A DNA stretch of 63,558 bases, counting the filler, from Octopus bimaculoides (Eukaryota): NCBI RefSeq assembly GCF_001194135.2. It is 6 parts of 6 records of this genome, joined end to end, with 100 filler letters (N's around TTAATTAATTAA, not from the genome) between each part and the next. Parts side by side here need not be neighbours in the genome. Positions count along the whole stretch, not along the records: positions 1 to 19,438 come from NC_068981.1; 5 more parts are not named here. One strand, written 5' to 3'. Positions 1 through 11,705 of this stretch are shown one piece after another (the first letter of the stretch is position 1; every line of letters starts with the position of its first letter). The notes beneath the pieces were generated by a model. The model did not search any database. It saw only the letters and a list, made by a program, of their open reading frames with translations, and had not been told where the DNA came from. The position numbers and the translations under genes were made by a program.

Positions 1-130
1 TGGCACAAGCAGACGTGAGGTCAGTTTTGGCAAGGTTTTTACAGCTGGATGCCCTTCCAAACACCAACCACTTTACAGAGTGGACTGGTTGCTTTTAAGT
101 GGCACCTGCACTGACAGGGTCACCAAGTAC
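1..130 (-). mobile_element. Fragment of SINE/LINE-tail family D ((GAT)n-tailed, RTE-like 3' end)
   Basis: Contains acagctggatgcccttcc..a.accaaccact, shared with copies at 8440, 12673 and 18259. Confidence 0.7.
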
Positions 131-1049
131 TTGCAAGACAAAAAAAAACAAAAGTTTTCAAGAGGGGAGGGGGAATTGGAGGAGGTGATCTTGTGTGAGA
201 TGATGAAAGGTTATAGGGAGATAAAGAGACAGGTATCTTGCTGTAAAGGAAGTACAAGGTTACCCAACGAGAGAAAGAGAGAGAGAGTGAGAGTGATAGA
301 GAAATTAGGAATGAAGACAAAAATAGGTGCGCAAAGGAAATACATGGTTACCCAACCTGAGGAAAATGCAGGAGAAGGAGAGAGAGTGGGAGACAGTAGG
401 ATAGAGATGGTGGCAAAATGCCAAGCATACTCACAAGGGACGGGGATCAGAATATAAATGGGATGGTTGAGTAAAGAAAGAGAGAAGGAGATAAATGGTA
501 GCAAGTGCCTTGAGGTTCGAATGCCATAATATAAGTGGCAGGATATTGCGAAGGAAGTGTGATTAAAGAGTGTGGAGTGAGGGGAGTGAGTGGTGAAAAC
601 CTGGGTATATATAGAGTTGGGTGGGGTGGGGGCTACTGGATAGCAGTGATACAGGGGAACAGGGTCGTGAGGATAGGATTGGGGTGTGAGAGCAAGGCAT
701 AGTATATGAAGGCGGAAATGTGAGGAAGAGAAGAAATGTGGAGATGTAGATTGGTTTGTTGGGGTTGAGTGAGTGAGAAGTTTTTTTGGTACATGTGGGT
801 GGAACACACAGGTCGGGGGATAGCAGATAGCAGTAATGCAATGAGATAGAGCATGTGGGTGGAACTCACAGGCTGGAAACTAGCGGAGAGCAATGATACA
901 GTGGCACAGGGCCAAGAGGTCAGAATTGGAGAGTGAGAGGTAGGCATAGTGCATGAAGCAGAAATGTGAGGAAGTGAAGAGATGTAGTTTGGTTTGTAGG
1001 GGTAGGGTGTGGGCGAAGGTTTCTTGTTAAGTGTGGGTGGGACACAGTG

Positions 1050-2065
1050 CTCCTAGAATTCAGTTTCACTGACATGGCTGGGTCTTCTCAAAAATTTCAT
1101 ATCACCAGACATCTCTGTCCATTGTCATTTCCACTGTGAGGCCCAACATCTTAAGATTGGTCCTTACCACATCATCCCATGTCTTTTCCACAGGTACCAT
1201 CCACTTTCAGTGATCAGCACTTCTTTATGCTGCTGTCCTCATTCATACACATCATGTCCAAACCAACATAGTCTTCTCTCTTGCATGCTCCATTTGATTC
1301 CTCTTATGCCCAACTTTCCTCTCAATACATGTGCACTGATGTTGCACATCCAATGGAACATACTACCTCCATTTCTCTCCAGTCTATGCATGTTTTCTGC
1401 ATTCAGGGCCCATGTCTCACTATCATGGAGTTTAGCTGTTCACACTCAAGCATCATATAGCTTACTTTTCACTCTGAGAGAAAGTCCTTTTGCTGCCAAC
1501 AGAGGTAATAGCTCTCTGAACTTCCTCCACCCAATTCTTATTCTATAAACAATACTTTCACAGCATCCTCCACCATTGCTAATTTGGTCACCTAGGTAAC
1601 AAAAACTATCTACAACCTCAAGAGAGCCTCTTGGGCATTTGAGAGAAACTATGTCCAGTGTGCTGTTAGTGCTTATTGTTCCTGCACATTTGCCACATTA
1701 TCTGTTAATCTACCTGTGATTCCACTGTACCTCTTATGTGTCCATAGTTTACACTGGGTGCAGTGAATGGAATTTTTTCCAACTCCTTTCTTCCAAATTG
1801 AGAAGGGCCATTTACCTGATGGAAAGAGAGTTTCATCTTCTTTCTTACTAACAACAGGTTTGGTCTTAGCTAGGTTAACTTTAAGGCACTTTGATTTTAG
1901 GTTTTGGTTCCATACCTGGAATTTCTTCTCCAATTCTGCTAAAGATTCTGCAATAAGAGCAAGGTCATCAGCATATAGCAGTTCCTATGGGCACCCAGTT
2001 TTGAATTCTGCTGTTATGGTCTGGAGTAATAAAATGGATAAGAGTAGGCTGAGAACTCTTATATA
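1050..2065 (-). pseudogene. RTE-clade LINE, decayed reverse transcriptase and C-terminus
   Basis: Minus-strand translation gives TGCP*ELLYADDLALIAES, LKVNLAKTK, a Cys-rich GVGKNSIHCTQCKLWTHKR segment, EVVDSFCYLGDQIS and KTWDDVV-like motifs, with stops and frameshifts. Confidence 0.85.
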
Positions 2066-2159
2066 TTTGTGAAAGAGGACAACAACCACTGAGGCATAAC
2101 AAGCATGTATATGACTTGAGACGCTCGTTATGCCTCAGTGTGTTGTCCTCTTTCACAAA

Positions 2160-2330
2160 ATGCTCAAAATGGGGAGTAGATACACAGCCGACAACTGATG
2201 AAGGGTCTTTTCTCTGTGTTTACTTGTCCTATTTTGCATTCTTTATTCGCTGTTTATGTATTTAACTCATTTGTTTACGTATTTCATGTTATTTGCACCA
2301 TTGGTGATGTCTTGTACCCATATATGCATC
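2160..2330 (+). mobile_element. Unclassified interspersed repeat family F (second copy inverted at 13965-14150)
   Basis: Shares aatgctcaaaatg.ggagtagata.acagcc.acaactgatgaagggtc...tgtttacgtatttcatgtt...ggtgatgt with the reverse complement of 13965-14150. Confidence 0.7.
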
Positions 2331-2331
2331 T

Positions 2332-2765
2332 ATAAATATACAGGGATTAGCATTGAGTTGCTTCTCCAACATACTGAAAATTTAGAAATAGCAGTCAAAG
2401 AACTACTGATTCTAAACTACAAATTTTTCTCTAAATGGATGGCGATATTTATGGCACACATAGAACAAAAAACCGGAGGGGAAAGCATAAACAAAACAAG
2501 TCTTTAGTTAATCGGATACGATCATTTCATGGTTAAGAGAATGAAAAATCCCTATTCCAAATCATCAGTCCGATATTCTGATAAATTTGAAAGTGTCTCT
2601 AAAAAAATTCACGGTAATTTTTGGCCATGTGACACCAAAAATCAACGATAAGAAAGGGTGCCATAAATNNNNNNNNNNNNNNNNNNNNNNNNNNNNCTTT
2701 GACTGCTATTTCTAAATTTTCAGTATGTTGGAGAAGCAACTCAATGCTAATCCCTGTATATTTAT
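2332..2765. mobile_element. Inverted-repeat element: possible Tc1/mariner-type MITE, or a gap-edge artefact
   Basis: 2697-2765 is the exact reverse complement of 2332-2400; the ends read TA|CAGGG...CCCTG|TA; the right arm abuts the N gap at 2669-2696. Confidence 0.5.
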
Positions 2766-2880
2766 GATGATAAATGGTTTTACCGATAAAGGTTTTTTCA
2801 TACTGAACTACTTGGCAAAATTGTTAATTATTAATTCTATTATTAATTGACGATTCCCTGCCCTTATTCTTGTATGCATC

Positions 2881-2911
<31 letters not shown>

Positions 2912-2920
2912 TATTATATG

Positions 2921-2957
<37 letters not shown>

Positions 2958-3984
2958 ATATATATCACACACACACAGAGATAGATAGATAGATATATAG
3001 ATAGATATTTAAAGGATTGTTTTGGTTCAATTGTAGACTACCTGTCATGTCCATAGGAGATGTAGGTTCAAGCCTCATTAGCAGCCTTTGATTTTTCCTA
3101 TCCTAAGGGTTTTTTAACCTGTTATATTCACGTACATCATTATTTATTGCTTTGGTGGCTTCATGATTCACCATGGCAAAAAACAACACACATACACATA
3201 CTCACATTCACACACACACACACACACAGGAATCTGTGTGTCAATTGGCAGATTACTATTGGAGTGTAACATATTTTAACATGAGGAACCTGCATGAAGG
3301 CATGGTTTGGATTTACATGTGCATACACATATACCACACATACATGTGTGTGTGTGTGAGTGTGTGTGTGTGTGTGTGTATTGATTCTAATTGAATCTGA
3401 TCACACAGGGTTTGTAATCAGATCCAATTAGAATCGAAACAGAATTAAGACTGTAAAACTCATCTACAAGAAATATAACACACTCTACTTCCGGTAATAT
3501 TTAGTGCTTAATTTGTATTTATAAACCTTCTCCTTTCAAACAAACACACCCCAATATCCTATATATATATTTGTCTCAGTCATTTGACTGCGGCCATGAT
3601 TAACTAGCATAGGAGAGACAATCTTCTATTGGTTACCTTAAGTTAAGGCAGATATGAAAGTTTGAGCACATCAAAGAGCAAAGGTGTACAGAATATACAC
3701 GTTTAAATTTTTTTCCTGCATATTATAAAGTTATTAAAGTGTCTACACATTCGTAGCCACGTATAGCACTATTTCATTCTCGTTTAGAATCATCAACATG
3801 GCATTACTTGAGACAAATAAATTAAGCTAAATTCAATGTTCTATGAAGTTAGACATTTCTTATAAAAAAAAACAGTCTAGAGTATAAGAAGTAAAGTGAG
3901 ATCATGATAATTTGAAACACATATACACATTAAATCTGAAGGAAAATGAAGTCATTTATTTTATATAACATTACTATAAGGTAC

Positions 3985-4143
3985 CTTCCTGGCCCCAGCA
4001 GACGAAATGGAAAAGGCACTGCTCTGTAAGATAGCAAGGAAGATGCACTGAAACAGGAACTCTGACACATGGAGCTCACACTTGCGAACAGCTGTCTCCA
4101 CCCCGACAGCGGTGTTTCTAGTGCTAAAGGCTCTACCATAAAC
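3985..4143 (-). other. Candidate exon D (159 nt) of an unidentified minus-strand transcript
   Basis: Acceptor ttactctccaacAG, donor AAG|GTACCT; open in two frames; lies in a non-repetitive, GC-richer island. No protein recognised. Confidence 0.25.
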
Positions 4144-4567
4144 CTGTTGGAGAGTAACTGATACTTAGACATCTCTTCTCAGCCTGAGGAGCAGCAGAAC
4201 TTGGGCTAGTGGGGATGGACTGAGGGGATGGTAAGAGGTAAACTTCATGGTGTTTTCACATCCTAAATGGAGAAAAGACAGAAGGAGAGAAATTTCTAAC
4301 AAGCAGCATCACTGTTGTCATTGTCATTATTATTATTATCATCATCATCATCATCATCATCATCGTGAGAAAAAAGAAAAATGCCCCTGGTATTTGAATA
4401 CTATACAAATATGTTTTTAAAAAGACTTTTCATTTAAATTTGCCAAAATTTAATTTTTCTAAAATTTGTTATCTATATTTACAGTTGAAAAGATCTCAAG
4501 GATCAAAACCAGTACTGAAATTTCTTTTATAAATGTATTTTAGCATTTTCTACCTTGTCTTTTTTCC

Positions 4568-4626
<59 letters not shown>

Positions 4627-4672
4627 CATGCATACATACATACATACATAAATGCATACATAGATATATATA

Positions 4673-5733
4673 CAGGGGTTAGACAAAATAAAGGAAACAC
4701 CTTAAAATTTCAAACAAATTTATTTTATATGGGGTGGGACCGCTTTTGGCTGTAATTACAGCTTTAATCCTACGAGGTATGGACTCATACAAAGTTTGAA
4801 TTGTTTCCAAAGGAATTTTTGTCTATATTTCAGCTAAAACAGTCTCCAGTTCTTGTAGTGATGATGGTGGAGGATATCGACTCCTTACTTGTTTTCCGAA
4901 AATGCACCATAAATGTTCAATAATATTGAAATCTGGGGATTGTGGTGGCCAGATAAGATGTTCAACTTTACTAGAATGTTCCTCGTTCCATTCAGTTACA
5001 ACTTTAGCTGTGTGAATTGGTGCATTATCATCCTGAAAGATTGCATTTCTCTCCGCAAACAGTTCCGCAACCATAGGATGAATATGATCAGTTTAAATGC
5101 TTAAATAGTCTTGACTATTAATTCTGCTATGAAGGGAAACCATTGGTCTGGCCGATTTCCAAGATATAGCCCCTCCCACTCCCCCCAGATCATCACAGAT
5201 CCTCCTCCATGTTTAACAGTTGGAAGAAGGCAGTCTGGGTCAAATGCTTCTTCTGGCTGTCTTCACACATATACTTGGCCAGTGGTCGGAAATAAGGTAA
5301 AGGATGATTTGTCTGAGAAAATTACATTCTTCCACTGCTCTAGGGACCAATTCTGTTGATTTTTACTCCACTCTAAATGCTTTGCAACGTTTGTTTTTGA
5401 AAGTAAGGGTTTTCTGATTGCAGCCCTCCTTTGAAATCCAGGTTTATGTAGCTTCCAACAAACAATTTTTGTGGTAACTGGGTTCTCAAGATGGTCATTA
5501 AGCTCTGCAGTAAATTTGGGAGCTGTTCTTTTGTGATCCTTTCTAACAATTTGCGTAAGAGTCTGACAGTCCCTATCTGAAAGTTTTGGTTTTCTTTCAA
5601 AGTTTTGTTTCGATGAGGAGGTTTTTCTCTCTTTCTCAAAGGCTGTCATTACTTTCGAGACAGTACTTCTTGATACATCAAGCATTTCAGTTGTTTTCAT
5701 TATGCTAGCGCCTGCCATACGAGCACCAACAAT
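4673..5733 (-). mobile_element. Tc1-like DNA transposon with pseudogenised transposase (DD36E spacing); other end lost in a gap
   Basis: TA|CAGGGGTTAGACAAAATAAAGGAAACACC terminus at 4673; HTH region and WKNVIFSD (ORF 5263-5718), in-frame TGA and a frameshift, then FQDDNAPIH...WPPQSPDFNIIEHLW (ORF 4823-5074). Confidence 0.92.
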
Positions 5734-6361
5734 TTNNNNNNNNNNNNNNNNNNNNNNNNNNNNNNNNNNNNNNNNNNNNNNNNNNNNNNNNNNNNNNNNN
5801 NNNNNNNNNNNNNNNNNNNNNNNNNNNNNNNNNNNNNNNNNNNNNNNNNNNNNNNNNNNNNNNNNNNNNNNNNNNNNNNNNNNNNNNNNNNNNNNNNNNN
5901 NNNNNNNNNNNNNNNNNNNNNNNNNNNNNNNNNNNNNNNNNNNNNNNNNNNNNNNNNNNNNNNNNNNNNNNNNNNNNNNNNNNNNNNNNNNNNNNNNNNN
6001 NNNNNNNNNNNNNNNNNNNNNNNNNNNNNNNNNNNNNNNNNNNNNNNNNNNNNNNNNNNNNNNNNNNNNNNNNNNNNNNNNNNNNNNNNNNNNNNNNNNN
6101 NNNNNNNNNNNNNNNNNNNNNNNNNNNNNNNNNNNNNNNNNNNNNNNNNNNNNNNNNNNNNNNNNNNNNNNNNNNNNNNNNNNNNNNNNNNNNNNNNNNN
6201 NNNNNNNNNNNNNNNNNNNNNNNNNNNNNNNNNNNNNNNNNNNNNNNNNNNNNNNNNNNNNNNNNNNNNNNNNNNNNNNNNNNNNNNNNNNNNNNNNNNN
6301 NNNNNNNNNNNNNNNNNNNNNNNNNNNNNNNNNNNNNNNNNNNNNNNNNNNNNNNNNNNNN

Positions 6362-6401
<40 letters not shown>

Positions 6402-6402
6402 T

Positions 6403-6443
<41 letters not shown>

Positions 6444-6444
6444 T

Positions 6445-6511
<67 letters not shown>

Positions 6512-6512
6512 C
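6362..6512. repeat. (TAG)n microsatellite with two TGGTTG interruptions 42 bp apart
   Basis: Read directly from the sequence. Confidence 0.95.
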
Positions 6513-6869
6513 AGCAAATCCCAAATTAATTTGATGCAGTAAAGTAGTAAATGTTTTCTTTAGAAATTCTTCGGAAAAATGGATGGGGAAGGGTGTGATG
6601 GAATGGAAGAGAGGAGGGGGGAGGGCAAAAGAATGGTTGAAGGAGAGATTTCTATTTCTGAATATGGAATAAATGGATTCACTTCCTTCAAAACAAATCA
6701 TATTTACCATTTCATATGTTCCAGAATTGGGTAATGACATTAGGAAACGATGAGTCGAAATGCCTTTTTTTTTTCTCCCCCACCCCACCCCCTTGTGTGA
6801 CTAAAACCTTTACTTATTATCAAGAAAAAGGGTTTCTGTCGCAGTCAATCATTTTACCTCTTTATTGTA

Positions 6870-7205
6870 TCCCTCACTCTCTCTCCTCATCCTCTGTTTT
6901 CTTCCTCCTCAGTAATCCCTCTCTCCCTCTCTCTCCTCCTCTTTTTCTTCCTCCTCCTCAGTAATCCCTCTCTTTCTCCTCCTCCTCTTTTTCTTCCTCC
7001 TCAGTAATTCCTCTCTCTCTCTCTCTTTCTCTCTCCTCCTCCTCCTCCTCAATAATCCATCTCATTCTCTCCAACCCCTCTTTTTCTTCCTCCTCCTCAG
7101 TAATTCCTCTCTTTCTCTCCTCCTCCTCCTCCTCCTCCACCTCCTCTTTTTTCTTCCTCCTCCTCAGTAATGCCTCTCTCCTCCTCTTCCCTCAGTAATC
7201 CCACT
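6870..7205. repeat. Pyrimidine-rich minisatellite anchored by ctcagtaat(c/t)cctctct (about 7 units)
   Basis: The anchor recurs near 6908, 6957, 6999, 7049, 7096, 7163 and 7190. Confidence 0.85.
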
Positions 7206-7284
7206 CTTGCTTATCTGCCCTGCTTTCTTCTCTTTCTTTCTCTTTCTCTATGTGTGTGTGTGTGTGTGTGTGTGTAGTAATAAT

Positions 7285-7370
7285 CTGTTCTACCAAAGGA
7301 ACAAAGTCTGAATTTTATGGAAAAAGACCAGTTGATTACATCAACCCCAGTGTTTTACTGGTACTTATTT
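7285..7370 (-). mobile_element. SINE family B, 3' part, truncated by a gap
   Basis: gattacatcaaccccagtg...actggtacttattt matches family B copies at 38177 and 43395. Confidence 0.6.
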
Positions 7371-7816
7371 NNNNNNNNNNNNNNNNNNNNNNNNNNNNNN
7401 NNNNNNNNNNNNNNNNNNNNNNNNNNNNNNNNNNNNNNNNNNNNNNNNNNNNNNNNNNNNNNNNNNNNNNNNNNNNNNNNNNNNNNNNNNNNNNNNNNNN
7501 NNNNNNNNNNNNNNNNNNNNNNNNNNNNNNNNNNNNNNNNNNNNNNNNNNNNNNNNNNNNNNNNNNNNNNNNNNNNNNNNNNNNNNNNNNNNNNNNNNNN
7601 NNNNNNNNNNNNNNNNNNNNNNNNNNNNNNNNNNNNNNNNNNNNNNNNNNNNNNNNNNNNNNNNNNNNNNNNNNNNNNNNNNNNNNNNNNNNNNNNNNNN
7701 NNNNNNNNNNNNNNNNNNNNNNNNNNNNNNNNNNNNNNNNNNNNNNNNNNNNNNNNNNNNNNNNNNNNNNNNNNNNNNNNNNNNNNNNNNNNNNNNNNNN
7801 NNNNNNNNNATATATA

Positions 7817-7980
7817 GGCACAGGCATGGCTGTGTGGTAAGAAGCTAGCTTCCCAACCACATGGTTCCCGGGTTCAGTCCCACTGCATGGCACCTTGGGC
7901 AAGTGTCTACTACTATAGCCTCAGGCCGACCAGAGCCTTGTGATTGGATTTGGTAGACGGAAACTGAAAGAAGCCCGTCG

Positions 7981-8021
<41 letters not shown>

Positions 8022-8230
8022 ATATGTTTGTGTGTCTGTGTTTGTCCCCCCAACATCACTTGACAACTGATGCTGGTATGTTTATGTCCCCCGTAACATT
8101 AGTGGTTCAGCAAAAGACACCGATAGAATAAGTACTAGGCTTACAAAGAATAACTTCTGTGGTCGATTTGCTCGACTAAAAGCAGTGCTCCAGCATGGCC
8201 ACAGTCAAATGACTGAAACAAGTAAAAGAG
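7817..8230 (+). mobile_element. tRNA-derived SINE family A, full length, with a central (TA/TG)n tract
   Basis: A-box-like TGGCTGTGTGG, B-box-like GGTTCAGTCCC, body ggcaagtgtc..ctactatagcc, tail cagtcaaatgactgaaacaagtaaaagag; multi-copy in the window. Confidence 0.88.
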
Positions 8231-8439
8231 TAATAGAGCATATGTGTATGAAATATACATAAAAACATATGTGTGAGCTAGTGGGTATATGTGTACGTGT
8301 GCATATGTACGAGTGTAAGAGAAAACATCCATATTCGTCCTTCCCCTGTCCTACTCCTTATATGCTTTTAATGCGGCACCAGCACACTTACGAGCCCACA
8401 AGATTAGGGGTTCTCAGCTGGAGAGGGTTGCAAGGGATG

Positions 8440-8635
8440 AGCCTGTATGTACTGTTGAGCACCCATTACACTCTCAGAGTGGTTGACATTTGGAAGGGCA
8501 TCCAGCCATAGAAAACCATGCCAAATCAGACTGGAGCCTGGTGCAGCCTCCCAGAATGCAAGCCTAGTCAAACCATCCAACCCATGCCAGCATGGACAAT
8601 GGATGTTAAATGAAGAGGATGATGATGATGATATA
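8440..8635 (+). mobile_element. Family D 3' end with (GAT)n tail
   Basis: ggaagggcatccagc...ggagcctggtgcagcc...aacccatgccagcatgga...gatgatgatgat. Confidence 0.8.
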
Positions 8636-8689
8636 TATGTATGTATGTATGTATGTATCTATGTATGTATCTATGTATGTATCTATGTG

Positions 8690-8835
8690 TATGTCTGTAT
8701 TTGTCCCCCCCCCCCATCACTGCTTGGCAACTGGTGCTGGTGCGTTTACGACCCTGTAACTTTGCAGTTTAGCAAAAGAGATCAATAGAATAAGTAATAG
8801 ACTTAAATATTAAATCCTGTGGTTGATATGTTCAA
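8690..8835 (+). mobile_element. SINE family A, 3' half, diverged
   Basis: ttgtccccc...tggtgctggtgcgtttacg...gcaaaagagatcaatagaataagta. Confidence 0.7.
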
Positions 8836-8892
8836 TGTAATTATTCTTCTATGACAAGATAAGAAAAAATAAAAAGCAATTAGTGTACTTAC

Positions 8893-8978
8893 TATAAGAG
8901 AATACAATGAGAAAACATTGTCAACATCAATCCAATTCCTTATTCAAAGTCTTTTGCATTTCCAAACAATAAATCCAT
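8893..8978 (-). other. Candidate exon C (86 nt); has a stop in every frame
   Basis: Acceptor atattgtttaagcAG and strong donor ATA|GTAAGT; one frame has a single TGA at 8946-8944. Confidence 0.2.
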
Positions 8979-10063
8979 CTGCTTAAACAATATAGAGCTG
9001 TTTGAATATATTTCATTCACAAATCTGCTATTCAATCACCCATGTATTTCTTTTCTTCTTTCGCTTGTTTCAGTCACTGGACCGTGGCCTTGCTGAAGCT
9101 CTGCATTGAAATGTTTTATTTGATTGTATCGCAACTGAAACTCCGTTAGTAATTTTTAGGTATCATACTTACTTTATCCATCTGTGCTTGTTGAACTTGT
9201 TACAAATAGAGGAACACACAGAAAAGCATAACCTTTTTTTTTTTTTTGGAAGAAGTATCCATGTAAAAACAGGACGATAAGTACACACACACATACACAC
9301 ATATGTATGCATATATAAATGTACATATGTATATATGTGCATGTATATGTATATATATATATACACACACACACACGTATATATATGTATATATATGTGT
9401 ATATATATATATATATATATNNNNNNNNNNNNNNNNNNNNNNNNNNNNNNNNNNNNNNNNNNNNNNNNNNNNNNNNNNNNNNNNNNNNNNNNNNNNNNNN
9501 NNNNNNNNNNNNNNNNNNNNNNNNNNNNNNNNNNNNNNNNNNNNNNNNNNNNNNNNNNNNNNNNNNNNNNNNNNNNNNNNNNNNNNNNNNNNNNNNNNNN
9601 NNNNNNNNNNNNNNNNNNNNNNNNNNNNNNNNNNNNNNNNNNNNNNNNNNNNNNNNNNNNNNNNNNNNNNNNNNNNNNNNNNNNNNNNNNNNNNNNNNNN
9701 NNNNNNNNNNNNNNNNNNNNNNNNNNNNNNNNNNNNNNNNNNNNNNNNNNNNNNNNNNNNNNNNNNNNNNNNNNNNNNNNNNNNNNNNNNNNNNNNNNNN
9801 NNNNNNNNNNNNNNNNNNNNNNNNNNNNNNNNNNNNNNNNNNNNNNNNNNNNNNNNNNNNNNNNNNNNNNNNNNNNNNNNNNNNNNNNNNNNNNNNNNNN
9901 NNNNNNNNNNNNNNNNNNNNNNNNNNNNNNNNNNNNNNNNNNNNNNNNNNNNNNNNNNNNNNNNNNNNNNNNNNNNNNNNNNNNNNNNNNNNNNNNNNNN
10001 NNNNNNNNNNNNNNNNNNNNNNNNNNNNNNNNNNNNNNNNNNNNNNNNNNNNNNNNNNNNNNN

Positions 10064-10094
<31 letters not shown>

Positions 10095-10109
10095 TAGATA
10101 GATAGATAG

Positions 10110-10143
<34 letters not shown>

Positions 10144-10576
10144 TGAGAGAGAGAGAGAGAGAGTTTTTCCCCTCAAAAAGGTATGCAACAGGGAACACAA
10201 ATGCTTATACAAATACCCTACAACTCACGCAACCATAGAAATAAAAATAGATTTGAGCCAGAACACACATGCATACACATGCATAAATATGGCTGTCTAT
10301 CTATCTGTCAATCAATACACACACACACACATATATATAAAATCAGGTTTGAGAGGCGAATATATTTGAGAAGCGATGGCCACACGATTCTCTGAATCCA
10401 TATCTTATACTATTTATTTATATATAAGACTGGTTGTATTTACATGCTAAGCCAATATTTAGATATACATACACATCACATACAACTCCACCCAATCGCC
10501 TCCATAGAAACATCTGGTCATGTTGTGTGTGTACACACACACAATCTGATGGACAGAAACTAAAAGAAGCCTGTGT

Positions 10577-10614
<38 letters not shown>

Positions 10615-10619
10615 AAATT

Positions 10620-10975
10620 ATATGGTTGGTTGGCACTTGTCAGTTACGATGACAATGGTTACAGTTGATTCGATCAACGGAACAGCCTGCTCGTGAAATT
10701 AACGTGTAAGTGGCTGTGCATTCCACAGACACGTGTACCCTTAACGTAGTTCTCAGGGATATTCAGCGTGACACAGAGTTTGACAAGGCTGGCCACTTTG
10801 AAATATTGGCACAACAGAAACAGGAAGAAAGAGTGAGAGAAAATTGTGGTGTGAGAGTACAGCAGGATTCACCACCATCCCCTGCCGGAGCCTCGTGGAA
10901 CTTTAGGTGTTTTCGCTCAATAAACACTCACAACGCCCGGTCTGGGAATCGAAACCGCGATCCTACGACCTCAAG
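10620..10975 (-). mobile_element. tRNA-derived SINE family C
   Basis: Reverse complement has a head ending ggtttcgattcccagacc and body/tail cagccttgtca..tgtgtcacgctgaat...gcacgttaat shared with the copy at 50744. Confidence 0.8.
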
Positions 10976-11705
10976 NNNNNNNNNNNNNNNNNNNNNNNNN
11001 NNNNNNNNNNNNNNNNNNNNNNNNNNNNNNNNNNNNNNNNNNNNNNNNNNNNNNNNNNNNNNNNNNNNNNNNNNNNNNNNNNNNNNNNNNNNNNNNNNNN
11101 NNNNNNNNNNNNNNNNNNNNNNNNNNNNNNNNNNNNNNNNNNNNNNNNNNNNNNNNNNNNNNNNNNNNNNNNNNNNNNNNNNNNNNNNNNNNNNNNNNNN
11201 NNNNNNNNNNNNNNNNNNNNNNNNNNNNNNNNNNNNNNNNNNNNNNNNNNNNNNNNNNNNNNNNNNNNNNNNNNNNNNNNNNNNNNNNNNNNNNNNNNNN
11301 NNNNNNNNNNNNNNNNNNNNNNNNNNNNNNNNNNNNNNNNNNNNNNNNNNNNNNNNNNNNNNNNNNNNNNNNNNNNNNNNNNNNNNNNNNNNNNNNNNNN
11401 NNNNNNNNNNNNNNNNNNNNNNNNNNNNNNNNNNNNNNNNNNNNNNNNNNNNNNNNNNNNNNNNNNNNNNNNNNNNNNNNNNNNNNNNNNNNNNNNNNNN
11501 NNNNNNNNNNNNNNNNNNNNNNNNNNNNNNNNNNNNNNNNNNNNNNNNNNNNNNNNNNNNNNNNNNNNNNNNNNNNNNNNNNNNNNNNNNNNNNNNNNNN
11601 NNNNNNNNNNNNNNNNNNNNNNNNNNNNNNNNNNNNNNNNNNNNNNNNNNNNNNNNNNNNNNNNNNNNNNNNNNNNNNNNNNNNNNNNNNNNNNNNNNNN
11701 NNNNA

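Noticed and set aside
2195-2230. Hammerhead core CTGATGA-AGGG in family F (also near 14090)
   Set aside because: There is no stem II-GAAA downstream. A permuted type II arrangement needs GAAA next to helix III, which neither copy has; only a family consensus could rescue it.
7817-7900. tRNA genes at SINE heads (also 23093 and 50744)
   Set aside because: They have A/B-box-like motifs but no complete cloverleaf, and they continue into SINE bodies.
8893-8978. Selenoprotein interpretation of the in-frame UGA
   Set aside because: The context KRL*IRN matches no selenoprotein motif I know, and no SECIS was identified.
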